Part shown: one piece after another, positions 22,422-34,023 of the stretch | Layout of the letters: the number at the start of each line of letters is the position of its first letter | Numbering within the stretch: the first letter of the stretch is position 1 | Translations under genes and position numbers: made by a program | Source of the DNA: Candidatus Marinacidobacterales bacterium | Lineage (GTDB): Bacteria > Acidobacteriota > Vicinamibacteria > Marinacidobacterales > SMYC01 | Length of the DNA stretch: 64,000 nucleotides | Assembly: GCA_965224085.1 (NCBI GenBank) | Contig: CBDCYI010000004.1 | Location: 1,440,001-1,504,000 of the forward strand | Direction of reading: 5' to 3' | The notes under the pieces: model-generated | Told to the model about the DNA's origin: nothing | The model's input: the letters and a program-made list of their open reading frames with translations, nothing else | The model's database searches: none

Positions 22422-23185
22422 ATGCAAAACGCTGCTCTGGCCACGCTCGCCCTCACTCTAGGTCTTCAATCGGCGGACGATCTGGCGCGTCGCTTTCTCA
22501 TCGCGGACGCCAATATCCTAACGTCCTATCGCCTCACTCTAGACGCAGCCGACGTGCTCGTCAGAAGCGATATCGGTGAGTTTGACGTGCCTCGGGCCCG
22601 AGACGGCGGTCTCAATCTCGTCTTCGCGGGGCTGCTCTTTCCGACGATGCGTTTTACCAAGTGCTCGCGCAGTCCGAAGCGCCCGTCATCGCCTCTCATT
22701 CGTCGTGTCGCGCATTCACGCCCGGCTGGGAGAGAAATATGAGCGATGCGATGATCCGAACGCTTGCTGAAGGGGGAGGAGTCATCCACTTTACTTTCGG
22801 CGGATCGTTCCTCAGCACCGAGCTTCAACAACGAGAGCGGCCCGTTTGGGCTCACGTCGAGGATCCCGGCTTCAGCATCAACTCGGTAGAGGGCCGAAGG
22901 ATGGCGCAGAGATTTCGTCAAGAGAAAGGCATCCGTTATGCGACGATCGGCGACGTCGTGATCATCGACCACGTCCGGGACCTCGTCGGTATCGACCACG
23001 TCGGGATAGGCTCCGGATTCGACGGATCCGGCGATTCGATGCCGGACGGGCTGAAAGACGTCTCTGACTGCGCGAGCCTCATCGAGAGCTCTTGAAGCGC
23101 GGCTACGTGGACGACGACGTCGAGAAAATCCTTTCGGGGAACCTTCTCCGCGTATAGCCCAGGTCGAGCGGATCGCAAAGCTATA
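22422..23185 (+). pseudogene. membrane dipeptidase (M19) remnant
   Basis: FDVPRARDGGL, APVIASHS, RNMSD, GIDHVGIGSGFDG, KILSGN in different frames with deletions and a stop. Confidence 0.8.
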
Positions 23186-23223
23186 ATGTCCAGAACCTAG
23201 AAAGCCTAGAAAGGGACGACGTC

Positions 23224-24783
23224 ATGATCACGTTGAAGAGTTATGCGGCGGGGAAGTGGCAGGATAGCAGTGGACGCCCACGGATTCTCCGGCATGCCGT
23301 CAGCGGTGAGGAGATCGCTCAACTCTCGAGCGAGGGTGTCGATTTCGGGGCGATGCTCGCCTGCGCCCGCGGAAAAGGTGGGCCGGCGCTTCGCCAGATG
23401 AGCTTCCCCGAAAGAGCGGCCATCCTCAAGAAAATGGCCGGCGTTTTGAACGAGCGGCGAGACGAGCTCAACCAAATCGCCGCGAGCTACGGAGCCACGA
23501 AGAAAGATGCCGCTTTGGACGTGGATGGCGGTGTGGGTACGTTGGCGTTCTACGCGAGTCTAGGTGCAAGAAAGCTCCCTGCGTCCAACTTTGTCGTCGA
23601 CGGCGAGACGGCGCGCCTTTCGAAAGACGGCCATTTCGTCGGCCGTCACATCTACGTGCCGCTCGAAGGCGTTGCTATCCAAATCAACGCGTACAACTTT
23701 CCGTCTTGGGGCATGCTCGAGAAGCTGGCGCCGTCTTTTCTCGCTGGCATGCCCAGCATCGTGAAGCCTGCATCGCCTTCCGCGTGGCTGACCTTTCGTA
23801 TCACCGAGATCCTCGTCGATTCCGGTATCGTCCCCGAGGGCGCGCTTCAGCTCATCAGCGGCTCAGTCGGTGATTTGTTGAATCACTTGACGTGTCAAGA
23901 TGTCGTCGCGTTCACGGGGTCGGCTTCGACAGGAGAGAAAATCCGCTCCCATCCGACGATCGTCCGCGAAGCCGTGCGCGTGAACATCGAGGCGGACTCG
24001 CTCAATTGCATCGTTCTCGGACCGGACGTAGCACCCGGTTCGGAAACTTTCGAGTATTTCGCAAAAGAAGTCGTCCGAGAAATGACGGTAAAGGCAGGGC
24101 AAAAATGCACCGCCATACGGCGCGTTATCGTGGCTTCCGAACGAGCCGAAGCCGTGGCAGATACGCTGAAAGAGCGCCTCGCTAGAATCCAGGTCGGTGA
24201 TCCGAAGACCGAAGGTGTGCGCATGGGGCCACTGGTCGACGAGGACGCGCTCCGCTCGGCGCGTGAAGGCGTGGCGAAGCTATCCGGAGAGGCTGAGATC
24301 GTCTACGGCGATCCGAGCCGGAAAGATTTCGAGCCGCGTCAAGGGTTTTTCATGGAGCCGGTGCTTCTGCTGTGCCGAAAACCGCTAGGAGCCACCGACC
24401 TCCACGAAGTAGAAGTCTTCGGGCCGGCCGCAACCATCATGACCTACAACGATGTCGCCGAGGCCATCGAGCTCGCGCGTAAAGGCGGCGGCAGCCTCGT
24501 CGGCTCGATCTTCAGTGAAGACGACGATTTCGTCGCGAAAACAATGTTCGGCCTAGCCCCCTATCACGGCCGTCTGATGGTGATGAACGCGAAGGCCGCT
24601 CCCGAATCCACTGGCCACGGCGTGGTCATGCCGCACCTCGTCCACGGTGGCCCGGGCCGCGCAGGTGGCGGCGAAGAGCTCGGCGGCGTGCGGAGCGTCC
24701 ATCACTACATGCAGCGATTGGCAATCCAAGGCGACCCGGAGCGTTTGGACCATCTACTCGCTGCCGCGATCCCTCAATCCTGA
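23224..24783 (+). CDS. PaaZ/PaaN-like (3,4-dehydroadipyl-CoA semialdehyde) aldehyde dehydrogenase
   Basis: [46 protein letters not shown]; no MaoC domain. Confidence 0.88.
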   Translation: MITLKSYAAGKWQDSSGRPRILRHAVSGEEIAQLSSEGVDFGAMLACARGKGGPALRQMSFPERAAILKKMAGVLNERRDELNQIAASYGATKKDAALDVDGGVGTLAFYASLGARKLPASNFVVDGETARLSKDGHFVGRHIYVPLEGVAIQINAYNFPSWGMLEKLAPSFLAGMPSIVKPASPSAWLTFRITEILVDSGIVPEGALQLISGSVGDLLNHLTCQDVVAFTGSASTGEKIRSHPTIVREAVRVNIEADSLNCIVLGPDVAPGSETFEYFAKEVVREMTVKAGQKCTAIRRVIVASERAEAVADTLKERLARIQVGDPKTEGVRMGPLVDEDALRSAREGVAKLSGEAEIVYGDPSRKDFEPRQGFFMEPVLLLCRKPLGATDLHEVEVFGPAATIMTYNDVAEAIELARKGGGSLVGSIFSEDDDFVAKTMFGLAPYHGRLMVMNAKAAPESTGHGVVMPHLVHGGPGRAGGGEELGGVRSVHHYMQRLAIQGDPERLDHLLAAAIPQS

Positions 24784-25649
24784 AACCGAGCGACCCGCTC
24801 GAGAAGCGCATCATCGTCAAGCTCGAGGCAAAGCGCTTCCATCCCCTCGCGCGAGGCGCCGCGCCATTCGAGATCGTCGAGACTCTCTTCGAGCGGGACG
24901 TCCCGACGAAGGGTCGCGAGCTCTCTATAAAGAACCGCTTGCTGCCTCTCGTGACGAAGGCTCGCGGCGAGATCGTAGGCGCGGCGCGGCTTGACCTCCC
25001 AATCAGCGGCGTTCACCGGAATCGATTCGATGTGGCCGTAGCGCGCTAAGACTTGCGCCGTTGATTTCTTGCCCCAGCCGAAGACACCCGGGAGTCCGTC
25101 CGCGGCATCCCCGACGAGCGCGAGATAGTCAGGGATCGAAACGGGCGCAACGCCAAATTTCTCTTGGACGCCCTTCTCATCGAGAATGATTTGACGGCGG
25201 CGATCCCAGCAGACGACGCGGTTTTCCGTAACGCATTGGGTGAGGTCCTTGTCCGGCGACGCGATGACGACCTGCTCGACGCCGTCATGCTCGACCCAAT
25301 TCGCCGCGGCGGTAGCCATAGCGTCGTCCGCTTCGAACTCGACCATCGGCCACGTCACGAGACCGAGCGCCCGCGTCACTTCCTCCGCGAGCTCGAACTG
25401 TCCGGCGATTTCGGGCTCGATGCCGGCGCCGGTTTTATAGCCCGCGAATAGATCGTTTCGAAACGATTCGATCACGTGGTCGAAGGCGCAACCCACATGA
25501 GTGACGTCTTCGTCGCGCAGCAGGAAGAGGAGGCTCCGGAGAAGGCCGCTCGCGGCGCCTATCTCTCGGCCAGCGGGGCTCGTCTTCTTGGGAGCGCCGT
25601 AATAGGCGCGGAAAAGCTCGTAAGTAGCGTCGACAAGATGAACTTTCAC
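24774..25649 (-). CDS. 5'-3' exonuclease / flap endonuclease
   Basis: VDATYELFRAYY, FEADD, DKDL, ALVGDAADGLPGV. Confidence 0.92.
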   Translation of the reverse strand: MKVHLVDATYELFRAYYGAPKKTSPAGREIGAASGLLRSLLFLLRDEDVTHVGCAFDHVIESFRNDLFAGYKTGAGIEPEIAGQFELAEEVTRALGLVTWPMVEFEADDAMATAAANWVEHDGVEQVVIASPDKDLTQCVTENRVVCWDRRRQIILDEKGVQEKFGVAPVSIPDYLALVGDAADGLPGVFGWGKKSTAQVLARYGHIESIPVNAADWEVKPRRAYDLAASLRHERQQAVLYRELATLRRDVPLEESLDDLEWRGASREGMEALCLELDDDALLERVARFQD

Positions 25650-25813
25650 CCACAGATTCTACAGTCTACGGCGCGCGACAGGTGCTGCGGTGACAGAGAG
25701 ATCACGTCATCATTCGAGGAGGGTGAGCGAACGATGAGGACTCTAGCAACGGTGACGGGATGCACCAGTTGCGAATTACCTGGCCAAAAGACAAGCATAG
25801 CGGCTTTCAGCGG

Positions 25814-27410
25814 CTAATCGTATCTCAGGGCCTCGAGCGGCTCGATGCGGAGAGCGCGTCGAGCCGGAAGCCACGATGCCGCGATGCCAGCTACGGTCAT
25901 CAACACCGCAGCGGCCAGTGCTGCCGAAGTTGATGGCTGGATGTACGTCAGCTGACCGAGAAGACGTCCGACTAGAAACGAAAGCAAGACGCCACCAGTC
26001 GCACTCGCACCAACGAGCAGCGCAGCTCTTTTGAAGACGGCTACGAGAACATCTTGCCGCTCGGCGCCGAGCGCGATGCGAATCCCAATTTCCCGCGTGC
26101 GCCGCGATGTGGTGTAGGCAAGAAGCGCGTAGAGACCCACCGCGCTGAGAACTGCGGCGAGAGCGCCCATCGCACCAAGGCTCGCGGTGGCGAGGCGTAG
26201 AGGCGTCGTCGGCAGATCGAGATACGCTTCGAGACTCATCGCATCGAAGACGAGCACGCCCGGAGCGGCGGCCTCGATCGCCCGCTCGAGCATCGACAGG
26301 GTCGCTCGCTCGGAAAGGGTTGTTCGTACAACCAGGGTCGAGGTGCTGTTGTAGCTCTGTGCGAGGGGAAGCCAGACGGCCAACTGAGGCTCCTCGGTCA
26401 CCGTCTGGTACTTTCCCGCCTCCACCACGCCGACAATCTCGATGGGCTCAGCATCGGGGTTGAATCGGAAGCGTTGTCCCACGGGATCCTCGACGGTCAA
26501 AAGTCGGCGCACGAACGTCTCGTTCACGATCGCCACCCTGGGCGTGTCCGGCTGATCGCGGTCATCGAAGTCCCGGCCCGCCACGATAGATGTGCCCAAC
26601 GCGTCAAAGAGCCCGGGCGTAGCCTGATACGTGACGGCGGTCGGAGCTTGTGAAACCGGAGGAACGGGCCGCCCCGCGACGTAGACGCTGTTCCAGGATT
26701 GGTCGATACTAAACGGGATCGAGTTGGCGAGCCCTGCGGCTTCGATTCCGGGAAGATTCGACGCCGCCTCGTACCTGAACCGCCACATAGATGTCGCGCA
26801 GACCGAAACGGCGGATGCCGGTGAGCGTCGTCCCGCTTTTGAGCGCGGACAGGGGATCGACCGCTGAGCTACGCAGCGCAGGCATCAAGCCGATCAGCAA
26901 GGCGCTCGCAACGGCTGTGATCCCCGCGAAAGCCAAAATACTCAAATCGACGGGAAGCTCCGTGTTGATGGGGAACGTGAAAGCGGGAAGGGAGGCAACG
27001 AGCGCCCGCCCGAGCCAGAACGACAGAAGGACGCCCCCGAGACATCCCGTGAGCGCCACGAGAAGCGACTCAACGAGGAGAATGCGACCGAGCGCCGAGC
27101 GGCTCGCGCCGAGCGAGAGCCTCAACGCAAACTCTTTGTGGCGTTCCGATGCTTGCGCCAAGAGAACGTTCGATAGGTTGGCGCAAGCGACAAGAAGCGT
27201 GAGGCCCGAGATCATAAACAGACCCGTGCTGAAACCGACGGCTGGGCCCCGGAGAGCACTACCAAGAAGTCCCATCGGTGCGAGCCGAATCTCCATTCCC
27301 TCATTCGAATCGGGGTAGTCGCGAGCGAGCTGCTTCGCGACGATTTCAAGAGCAGCGCCGGCTTCGGGCTTCGTGATGCCCTCTTTCAACCGCGCGATCA
27401 CCCACGCGTT
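25814..27410 (-). pseudogene. ADOP-type ABC permease, 5'-truncated with internal deletion near 26775
   Basis: ACANLSNVLLA...RLSLGA and RRTREIGIRIALGA...PARRALRIEPLEALRYD in two frames. Confidence 0.8.
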
Positions 27411-27559
27411 CTAGCATCGCACAGAAGAGCGCTAGCTTCTCACACTCTCCTCTAGCGAGACGGCACCTATGCCACGAACGAGCCGAATCTGAAGCTGAAG
27501 CTTGCGATGGAAGGCTCCGAGGCTCAGCCGGGCGCGGCGCCAGAGGCGACGGAGGAAGT

Positions 27560-28186
27560 TTTGGTGAATTGCTCGAGGACTTTCTGGGACTGGACGGAGG
27601 CGCCCAGATTGGACTTGAGCTCCGCTACGGGCTGTTCAGAAACACTCAAATCGGCGTCTACCGCACTAGCGACCGTACGATCCAGTTCTTTGGGCGGCAG
27701 CGCTTGCTGGAGCAAGGAACCGGCGGCCCAATCGTGCTTGATCTCTCCCTCGGGATCGAGGGGACCGACAACTTCCAGGAAGATTATTCCCCCCAACTCG
27801 GGGTCGTCCTGTCGCGGCGGCTGGGGTCGCGCTTCGCGCTGTATGCATCTCCGAGCTTCGTCGGCAACACGGACTTGTTGAGCCCGGACTCGAGCGACGA
27901 CGAGGACGACTACACCGTCGTACTCGGTCTCGGCGCACGCGTACTCATCACCGACACGGTTACCATTGTCGCGGAGCTATCACCTCGAATGGCAGGTTTC
28001 GACGGACGGCTCGGGGACAAGAGCAACAAATTTCACGCCTCCTTCGGCGTCGAAAAACTTCTCAGAGGACACGTCTTTCAGCTAAACTTCTCTAACGAGG
28101 TCGGCACGACGCCTGCCCAAATCGCGAGGGGCCAACAGGGCCCGGACGATTGGTTCCTCGGCTTCAACATCTCTCGAAAATTCTGA
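27560..28186 (+). pseudogene. DUF5777-like beta-barrel protein, N-terminus missing or scrambled
   Basis: FLGLDGGAQIGLELRYG...GHVFQLNFSN...LGFNISRKF (terminal Phe). Confidence 0.65.
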
Positions 28187-28208
28187 TTCATCATGAAAGG
28201 AAACGACT

Positions 28209-28577
28209 GTGAGAGACTCGAACAAGCTCACGCGCCGAGACTTCACCGTCTCATCGGCGTTGGCTCTTCTAAGCGGCGTCGCGATCACGATCACAGGATG
28301 CGGCGGTGATTCTAACGATACGCCTACGATGACAACACCAACCCCGGTCATGGACGTGACGGGAACGGTCGGCACCAATCATGGTCACACCGCGGTCATC
28401 ACGGCCGCCCAGCTGACTTCCAACGCCACTTTGATGCTCGACATCACGGGAACTTCCGACCATCCTCACACCGTGGAAATCACCGCCGCAGACCTCGGTC
28501 AGATCATGGCCGGCATGCGTGTTACCAGAACATCGAGCAACGCTCAGGCGCACACTCACACCGTCACGTTCAACTGA
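28209..28577 (+). CDS. Tat-exported lipoprotein with three HxH motifs
   Basis: TRRDF twin-Arg, ITGC lipobox, NHGH, DHPH, AHTH. Confidence 0.75.
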   Translation: MRDSNKLTRRDFTVSSALALLSGVAITITGCGGDSNDTPTMTTPTPVMDVTGTVGTNHGHTAVITAAQLTSNATLMLDITGTSDHPHTVEITAADLGQIMAGMRVTRTSSNAQAHTHTVTFN

Positions 28578-29199
28578 TTGCGGGGGGGTCGCCGAGGAAA
28601 TCGACTCGAGTCCCACGAACTGCGCCGGTGACAAGAGGATTCCGTTAGTCTCTTCGTTCCGATGCCGAACCGCCATGAACTAACGTGCGGAGCAGTTGTG
28701 GGACGGATCGATTGGACTAAATTCTTTGCCCGTGTGGCATTTTGAAACTTAATCAAATGCGTCGCGAGGGCGAAGCGTTCCCTGAACGGCTAGGCGTTTA
28801 GTCAAGGTTGATTCGCCGGCAAGCTGAGGCTTTTGCGGCGCGGCGATGACGACGAGAGCGGGATCGACGGACGCGACACGGTACCGCGCTCATTCGACCA
28901 GCGAATTCAGGAGCTCGAGGACGCAAGCCACGCAGCCTCCGGCCGGGTGCGTTTCGCGATCCGAAAGTGCCCTACGCGGCCTCGCGCCATTCGAAGCGAT
29001 GTTGCAGGACTATGAGAACACGGAGCATCGTGCGGCGGAGTTTGCCCTATCTCGCGTTGTAATCTCAAGTGCAAAACCCGCTCTCCGGCCGCGCGAGCGG
29101 GACTCGTAACTCTCTGATTTCAAACGCGGACGGTTTTTGATGATGGACAGGTCACTTGCTGTCGCAAAGCGAGGGTTCTTCGCCCCAATCATTTTTCTC

Positions 29200-29228
29200 T
29201 TGACAATCATTATGGTTGTATATACACT
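29200..29228 (+). promoter_or_regulatory. sigma70 promoter overlapped by palindromic operator TGTATATACA
   Basis: ttgaca(29200)-17 bp-tacact(29223); operator 29217-29226. Confidence 0.75.
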
Positions 29229-29234
29229 ATTTCT

Positions 29235-29681
29235 ATGGTCGAACATCGAAAAAGTCGGGCCGGGCGTGAGATCGGGCAGAACTGCCTCGCCGTGCGGATT
29301 AGGATGCTAAACCGCATCATCACAAACATTTACGACGACGCCCTCAGACCTTTCGGCATAACTACGAGCCAAGGCAATATCCTGACGGCGATGGATCAAG
29401 TGGGTCCCGTCAAACAGGCAGAGCTCGCAGGCTATCTCCATATCGAGAAATCGACGCTCAGCCGCAATCTGTCCCTCATGAAGAAACGCGGCTGGGTGCG
29501 TGTGCTGCCTGGGGAGGACGAGAGGAGCCATGCCGTCGCCATCACCGCCAGAGGAAGCAAACTTCTGGAGGAGGCCCTGCCCTCATGGCGGAAGGCACAG
29601 CGAGCTGCGATCGAGATTCTCGGCGACGAGGGTGCGGCGACGGTGAAGGCGGTGGCGGACCGCTATCTCCCGGCCCTGTAA
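29235..29681 (+). CDS. MarR-family transcriptional regulator
   Basis: CLAVRIRMLNR...YDDALRPFGIT, EKSTLSRNL, DERS. Confidence 0.92.
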   Translation: MVEHRKSRAGREIGQNCLAVRIRMLNRIITNIYDDALRPFGITTSQGNILTAMDQVGPVKQAELAGYLHIEKSTLSRNLSLMKKRGWVRVLPGEDERSHAVAITARGSKLLEEALPSWRKAQRAAIEILGDEGAATVKAVADRYLPAL

Positions 29682-29697
29682 AAATTTTTGACGTGTT

Positions 29698-29710
29698 GGT
29701 TGTATATACA
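29698..29710 (+). promoter_or_regulatory. second copy of ggtTGTATATACA operator upstream of RND operon
   Basis: Identical 13-mer to 29214-29226; ttgacg at 29688. Confidence 0.7.
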
Positions 29711-29728
29711 TTTAACGGAGGTGAAGCG

Positions 29729-30889
29729 ATGAAGACCAAAGGCAGGAAAAAGAAGTTAGCCATGAGCGGGCTTCTAGCGGTCGCCGTGGGGAGCATTCTC
29801 GTAGCGCTTGCCAAAGGCGATACCGTCCGCACGGATGTGACGAAACCTGCGCCGACGCGAGTGCTCGTTGTCGCAACGCAGGCGATTCAGGAGCAGGAGA
29901 GCTACGCGGTGCGCCGCTCTTTCGTGGGACGCATCGAAGCGCGCCGCAGCACCGATACCGGCTTCGAGCTCGGTGGCGCCGTGCTCCGGATCCTCGTCGA
30001 CGAAGGGGACGCCGTCGCGGAAGGGCAACTGATGGCTCGGCTCGACACTAAACGCCTCGAAGCGAAGCGCGCCGAGCTGGAGGCAGGCCTTAACGAAGCG
30101 GACGCACGGCTCTCCCTGCTGCAGAGCACCCGGGAGCGCACCCTCGAAGCTCTCGAGTTGAACGCCGTGTCGACCCAGCAGTGGGACGAGGCTGATCGTG
30201 GATACGCGGCGCAAGAGGCCGTCGTCCGTCGGGTGACGGCCTAGATCGAGAGCATCGATGTCGACATCGAGAAATCGCGTCTGCGGGCGCCTTTCGCGGG
30301 CGTCGTCGCCAGACGCTTCGCTGACGAGGGCACCGTTGTCTCTGCAGGGGAGTCGTTGTTCCGGCTACTCGAGATGGGACGTCCCGAGGTCCGGGTCGGC
30401 ATCAGTGCGGAGCTTGCCAAGTCGCTTGCGGTAGGCGACGAGCGCGTCGTCCGAGCGGACGGTCGCGAGCTCTCCGCAAGGGTCAGAGCCCTCCTCCCGG
30501 CGCGCAATCGAGAGACGCGCACGGTCGACGTCGTCCTGACACTAGAGGCGACGGAGAACGCTCTCCGGCACGGTGATCTCGTCGAAATGGAACTCTCCCA
30601 GGCGATCAAAAAGAGCGGGTTCTGGCTCCCTCGTAGCGCTTTGACCGAAAGCTCCCGAGGACTTTGGGCTTCTTACGTCGCCGCGCCATTACCGGGCTCG
30701 CCCTCTGCTCGGGCTGGGGACTCTCCGACGCACATCTTGAAACGGCGCGAGCTCGAGCTCCTTTACGTCGACGGAGACAACGTCTTCGTCCGAGGAACCC
30801 TGAGCAGCGGCGAGCTCGTCGTCACCGAAGGTCTTCAACGGCTGATCCCTGACCAGCGGGTGGCGCGCGTGAAGGAGTGGGACCGATGA
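29729..30889 (+). pseudogene. RND membrane-fusion protein with in-frame TAG at 30242-30244
   Basis: GFELGG...VDEGDAV; frame resumes IESIDVDIEKSRLRAPFAG after the stop. Confidence 0.8.
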
Positions 30890-33800
30890 CTTCAGCCAGC
30901 CTCTTCCTGAAGAATAAATACCTCCTCGTCCTCTCGGTGCTCGTAATTCTTGTCGCCGGCCTCTCCGCACTCATCTCGATGCCCCGGCTCGAAGATCCGC
31001 GCATCGTGAACCGCAACCCGTTGATCGTAACGCTCGTGCCCGGTGCCTCGGCCGAGAGGGTCGAGGCTCTCGTCACCGAGAAGCTCGAGGAAGAGCTGCA
31101 AGAGGTGCCGGAGATAAAAGAGATTCGCTCGACGTCCCGCGCCGGCGTCTCCATCATCGCCGTGGAGCTCGCCGACCGGGTCTACGAGAGCGAGAAGGTC
31201 TTCTCTCTGATTCGCGACAAGCTTGCCGAAGCGCAGCCCGAGCTACCTCGCGAAGCGAGCACCCCATTGCTCGACGACCAGAGAGGGCCGGTGGCTTATT
31301 CGCTGATCGTCGGGGTGACTTGGGAGCACTCCTCCGAGCCCAAGCTCGGGATCCTGAACCGTCTCGCCGAGGAGCTCGCCGACGAGCTTCGCACGGTTGC
31401 GGGTGCTCAAATCGTCCGTCTCTTCGGCGAGCCCCACGAGGAGATAACGGTAACCGTCGACCCCAAGGAGCTCGCGGCTCTCGGCATGACGCCATCGGAC
31501 CTCGCGGCGAGCATCCGGGCGGCGGACTCCAAGGTTCCCGCGGGTATGCTGCGCAGCGGTCGCGACGACTTGATTCTCGAAGTCGTGGGAGAGCTCGACT
31601 CCCCTGCTCGGATCGGGAGCATCCCCTTGCGCGAAGGCACCGATGGGACCCTACTGCGACTGAGTGACATCGCGCGTGCCGAGCGCGACTGGCAAAGCCC
31701 GCCCCGAGAGATCGGGCTCTCGGACGGACGCCGCACGGTCTATGTGGGAGCGAAAGTCCAGGCGCACCGGCGCGTCGACGAATGGGCCGAAGAAGCGCTC
31801 GAGATCGTGGACGCCTTCGCTGCCGGAGTGGGCGACGGCGTCGCGATCGCGGTCGTCTTCGATCAGACGCGCTACACCAACGAGCGTCTCGCGGATTTGG
31901 GCATGAATCTACTCGCGGGAGCGTTGGTAGTGGTCGTGGTCATCTTCTTCGCTATGGGATGGCGTTCCTCCATCGTCGTCGCTTCCGCTCTTCCGCTGAC
32001 AGCGGCGATCGCTCTTTTCGGAACGGCGCTTTTCGGTGGCGCGCTCCATCAGATCTCGATCTTCGGAATGGTCGTGGCGCTCGGCCTTCTCATCGATAAC
32101 GCCATCGTCGTGGTTGATGAAGTGAAAAAGCACCTCAAGGGCGGAGATGATCCGTCGGCGGCCGTGTCCGCGTCGGTGCGTCATCTTTTCGTTCCGCTTT
32201 TGGCTTCCACTCTCACGACGGTGCTCGCCTTCGCGCCCATCGTGCTCATGCCGGGGAGCGTCGGGGATTTCGTGGGCTCCATCGGGGGAAGCGTCATCCT
32301 CGCGCTGATCGCGTCATTCGCGCTAGCGATGACCATCGTGCCCGCCCTCGCCGGGTGGCTAGCCGAAGCGCGGCCCGAAGCCGGGAAGCGCTCTTGGTTG
32401 AGGAGCGGCGTCGGCGGCAAGCGGTTTGCGCTCCTGACGAGGCGCGGTCTCGTCCGGGGTTTGCGCGTCCCCATCGTGATGCTTGCCCTCGCCTCAGTGC
32501 TTCCCGTTGCTAGCTTCGTCGCTTCTCGAAGCCTCGGAAGCCAGTTCTTCCTGCCTGTCGATCGCGACATGTTCGACCTAAAACTGTGGCTCCCGACGGA
32601 AGCTGCGATCGAGCGCACGCGGACCGAAGTCGAGGCGATCGAGTCCCTGCTGCGCGAGGAGTTGGGCGTCCGCCGCGTGGATTGGCTCATCGGTGGAAGC
32701 TTCCCGTCGGTGTACTACAACGCCGTCATGAATCAAGATGACGCCCGCCACCACGCGCAGGCCGTCGTTACCGCCCGCTCGAGCGAGGAGGTGAAACGAC
32801 TCATCCCGGTGATCCAGCGGCGGCTCGACGAGGCCTTTCCCGGGGCGCAGATCGTGGTGAGCCAGTTTGCCCAGGGACCACCCGTCGAGGCCGACGTGGA
32901 GTTTCGCCTCTATGGTCCCAGCATCGAGACTTTGCAGGATCTCGGCGATGAGCTCCGCCTACGTCTCGCCGAGCATCCCGGCGTGCTGCATAGCCAAGCG
33001 ACCATGGGGCGGGGCGAGCCAAAGCTATGGCTCGACGCGGACGAGCAAGAGGCACGGCTTGCGGGCCTGACCCTGTCGGATATCGCCACCCAGCTTCAAG
33101 GAGGCCTCGAAGGTACGCTCGGGGGCTCCGTCATCGAGGATTTGGAAGAGCTGGACGTGCGGATCCGCTTCGAGGACGAGCGTCGGAACGAGCTGTTCGA
33201 CATCGGCTCGACGCAGCTGACGGCCGCCGGTCGGTCAGGCTGGACATCGCTCTCGGTTCTCGGCGAGCTCGCGCTTCGTCCGGAGGTGTCCGCGATCACG
33301 CGCCATGACGGCCTCCGTGCCAACTTGATCCACGGCTATACACGAAAGGGCGCCCTTGCCATCGATGTCACCAATGAGGTGCTCAGAGAGCTCGAAGACA
33401 CGGGGTTTTTCCTGCCATCCGGGTACCGGCTTTCGATCGGCGGCGATGCGGAGGACGAGAAGACAGCCATCGGCAACTTGATGATCTATCTTCCCGTGCT
33501 CCTCACCCTCATGATCGCAACGATTGTTCTGTCGTTCAGGAGCGTTCGCCTGGCACTGGCGCTCGGCGTCGTAGCGATCCAGTCCATCGGACTCGCTCTT
33601 CTCGCCACGTGGGCCTACGGCTTCCCTGTGAGCTTCACGACGATTCTGGGAACGCTTGGGCTCATCGGCGTGGCACTCAATGACAGCATCGTGGTTCTCG
33701 CCGCCATTCGATCGAACCCCGCCGCCCGCCGGGGCGATGTGGAGGCGATGGCCGACGAAGTTGTCGGAACGTTGCGGCATGTCATCTCGACGACCTTGAC

Positions 33801-34023
33801 CACTGTGGGCGGCTTCCTGCCCCTTCTCGTCTTCGTCGGCGGTGACTTCTGGCCGCCGCTCGCGATCGTGTTGGCGGGAGGCGTCTCGGGAGCGACCATC
33901 CTCGCGGTGGTCTTCGTGCCTGCTGCTTATCGGCTCGTGATGACAGCGAGTTTCGACTTCCGCCGGCTCGCGGAGCTCGGTCGCTTCGCGCCGTTCTTCT
34001 CCGCAAAGAGAGTCGAATCATGA
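30886..34023 (+). CDS. RND efflux permease (AcrB family)
   Basis: ~1045 aa, GLLIDNAIVVVD, GVALNDSIV, 12-TM pattern. Confidence 0.93.
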   Translation: MTSASLFLKNKYLLVLSVLVILVAGLSALISMPRLEDPRIVNRNPLIVTLVPGASAERVEALVTEKLEEELQEVPEIKEIRSTSRAGVSIIAVELADRVYESEKVFSLIRDKLAEAQPELPREASTPLLDDQRGPVAYSLIVGVTWEHSSEPKLGILNRLAEELADELRTVAGAQIVRLFGEPHEEITVTVDPKELAALGMTPSDLAASIRAADSKVPAGMLRSGRDDLILEVVGELDSPARIGSIPLREGTDGTLLRLSDIARAERDWQSPPREIGLSDGRRTVYVGAKVQAHRRVDEWAEEALEIVDAFAAGVGDGVAIAVVFDQTRYTNERLADLGMNLLAGALVVVVVIFFAMGWRSSIVVASALPLTAAIALFGTALFGGALHQISIFGMVVALGLLIDNAIVVVDEVKKHLKGGDDPSAAVSASVRHLFVPLLASTLTTVLAFAPIVLMPGSVGDFVGSIGGSVILALIASFALAMTIVPALAGWLAEARPEAGKRSWLRSGVGGKRFALLTRRGLVRGLRVPIVMLALASVLPVASFVASRSLGSQFFLPVDRDMFDLKLWLPTEAAIERTRTEVEAIESLLREELGVRRVDWLIGGSFPSVYYNAVMNQDDARHHAQAVVTARSSEEVKRLIPVIQRRLDEAFPGAQIVVSQFAQGPPVEADVEFRLYGPSIETLQDLGDELRLRLAEHPGVLHSQATMGRGEPKLWLDADEQEARLAGLTLSDIATQLQGGLEGTLGGSVIEDLEELDVRIRFEDERRNELFDIGSTQLTAAGRSGWTSLSVLGELALRPEVSAITRHDGLRANLIHGYTRKGALAIDVTNEVLRELEDTGFFLPSGYRLSIGGDAEDEKTAIGNLMIYLPVLLTLMIATIVLSFRSVRLALALGVVAIQSIGLALLATWAYGFPVSFTTILGTLGLIGVALNDSIVVLAAIRSNPAARRGDVEAMADEVVGTLRHVISTTLTTVGGFLPLLVFVGGDFWPPLAIVLAGGVSGATILAVVFVPAAYRLVMTASFDFRRLAELGRFAPFFSAKRVES

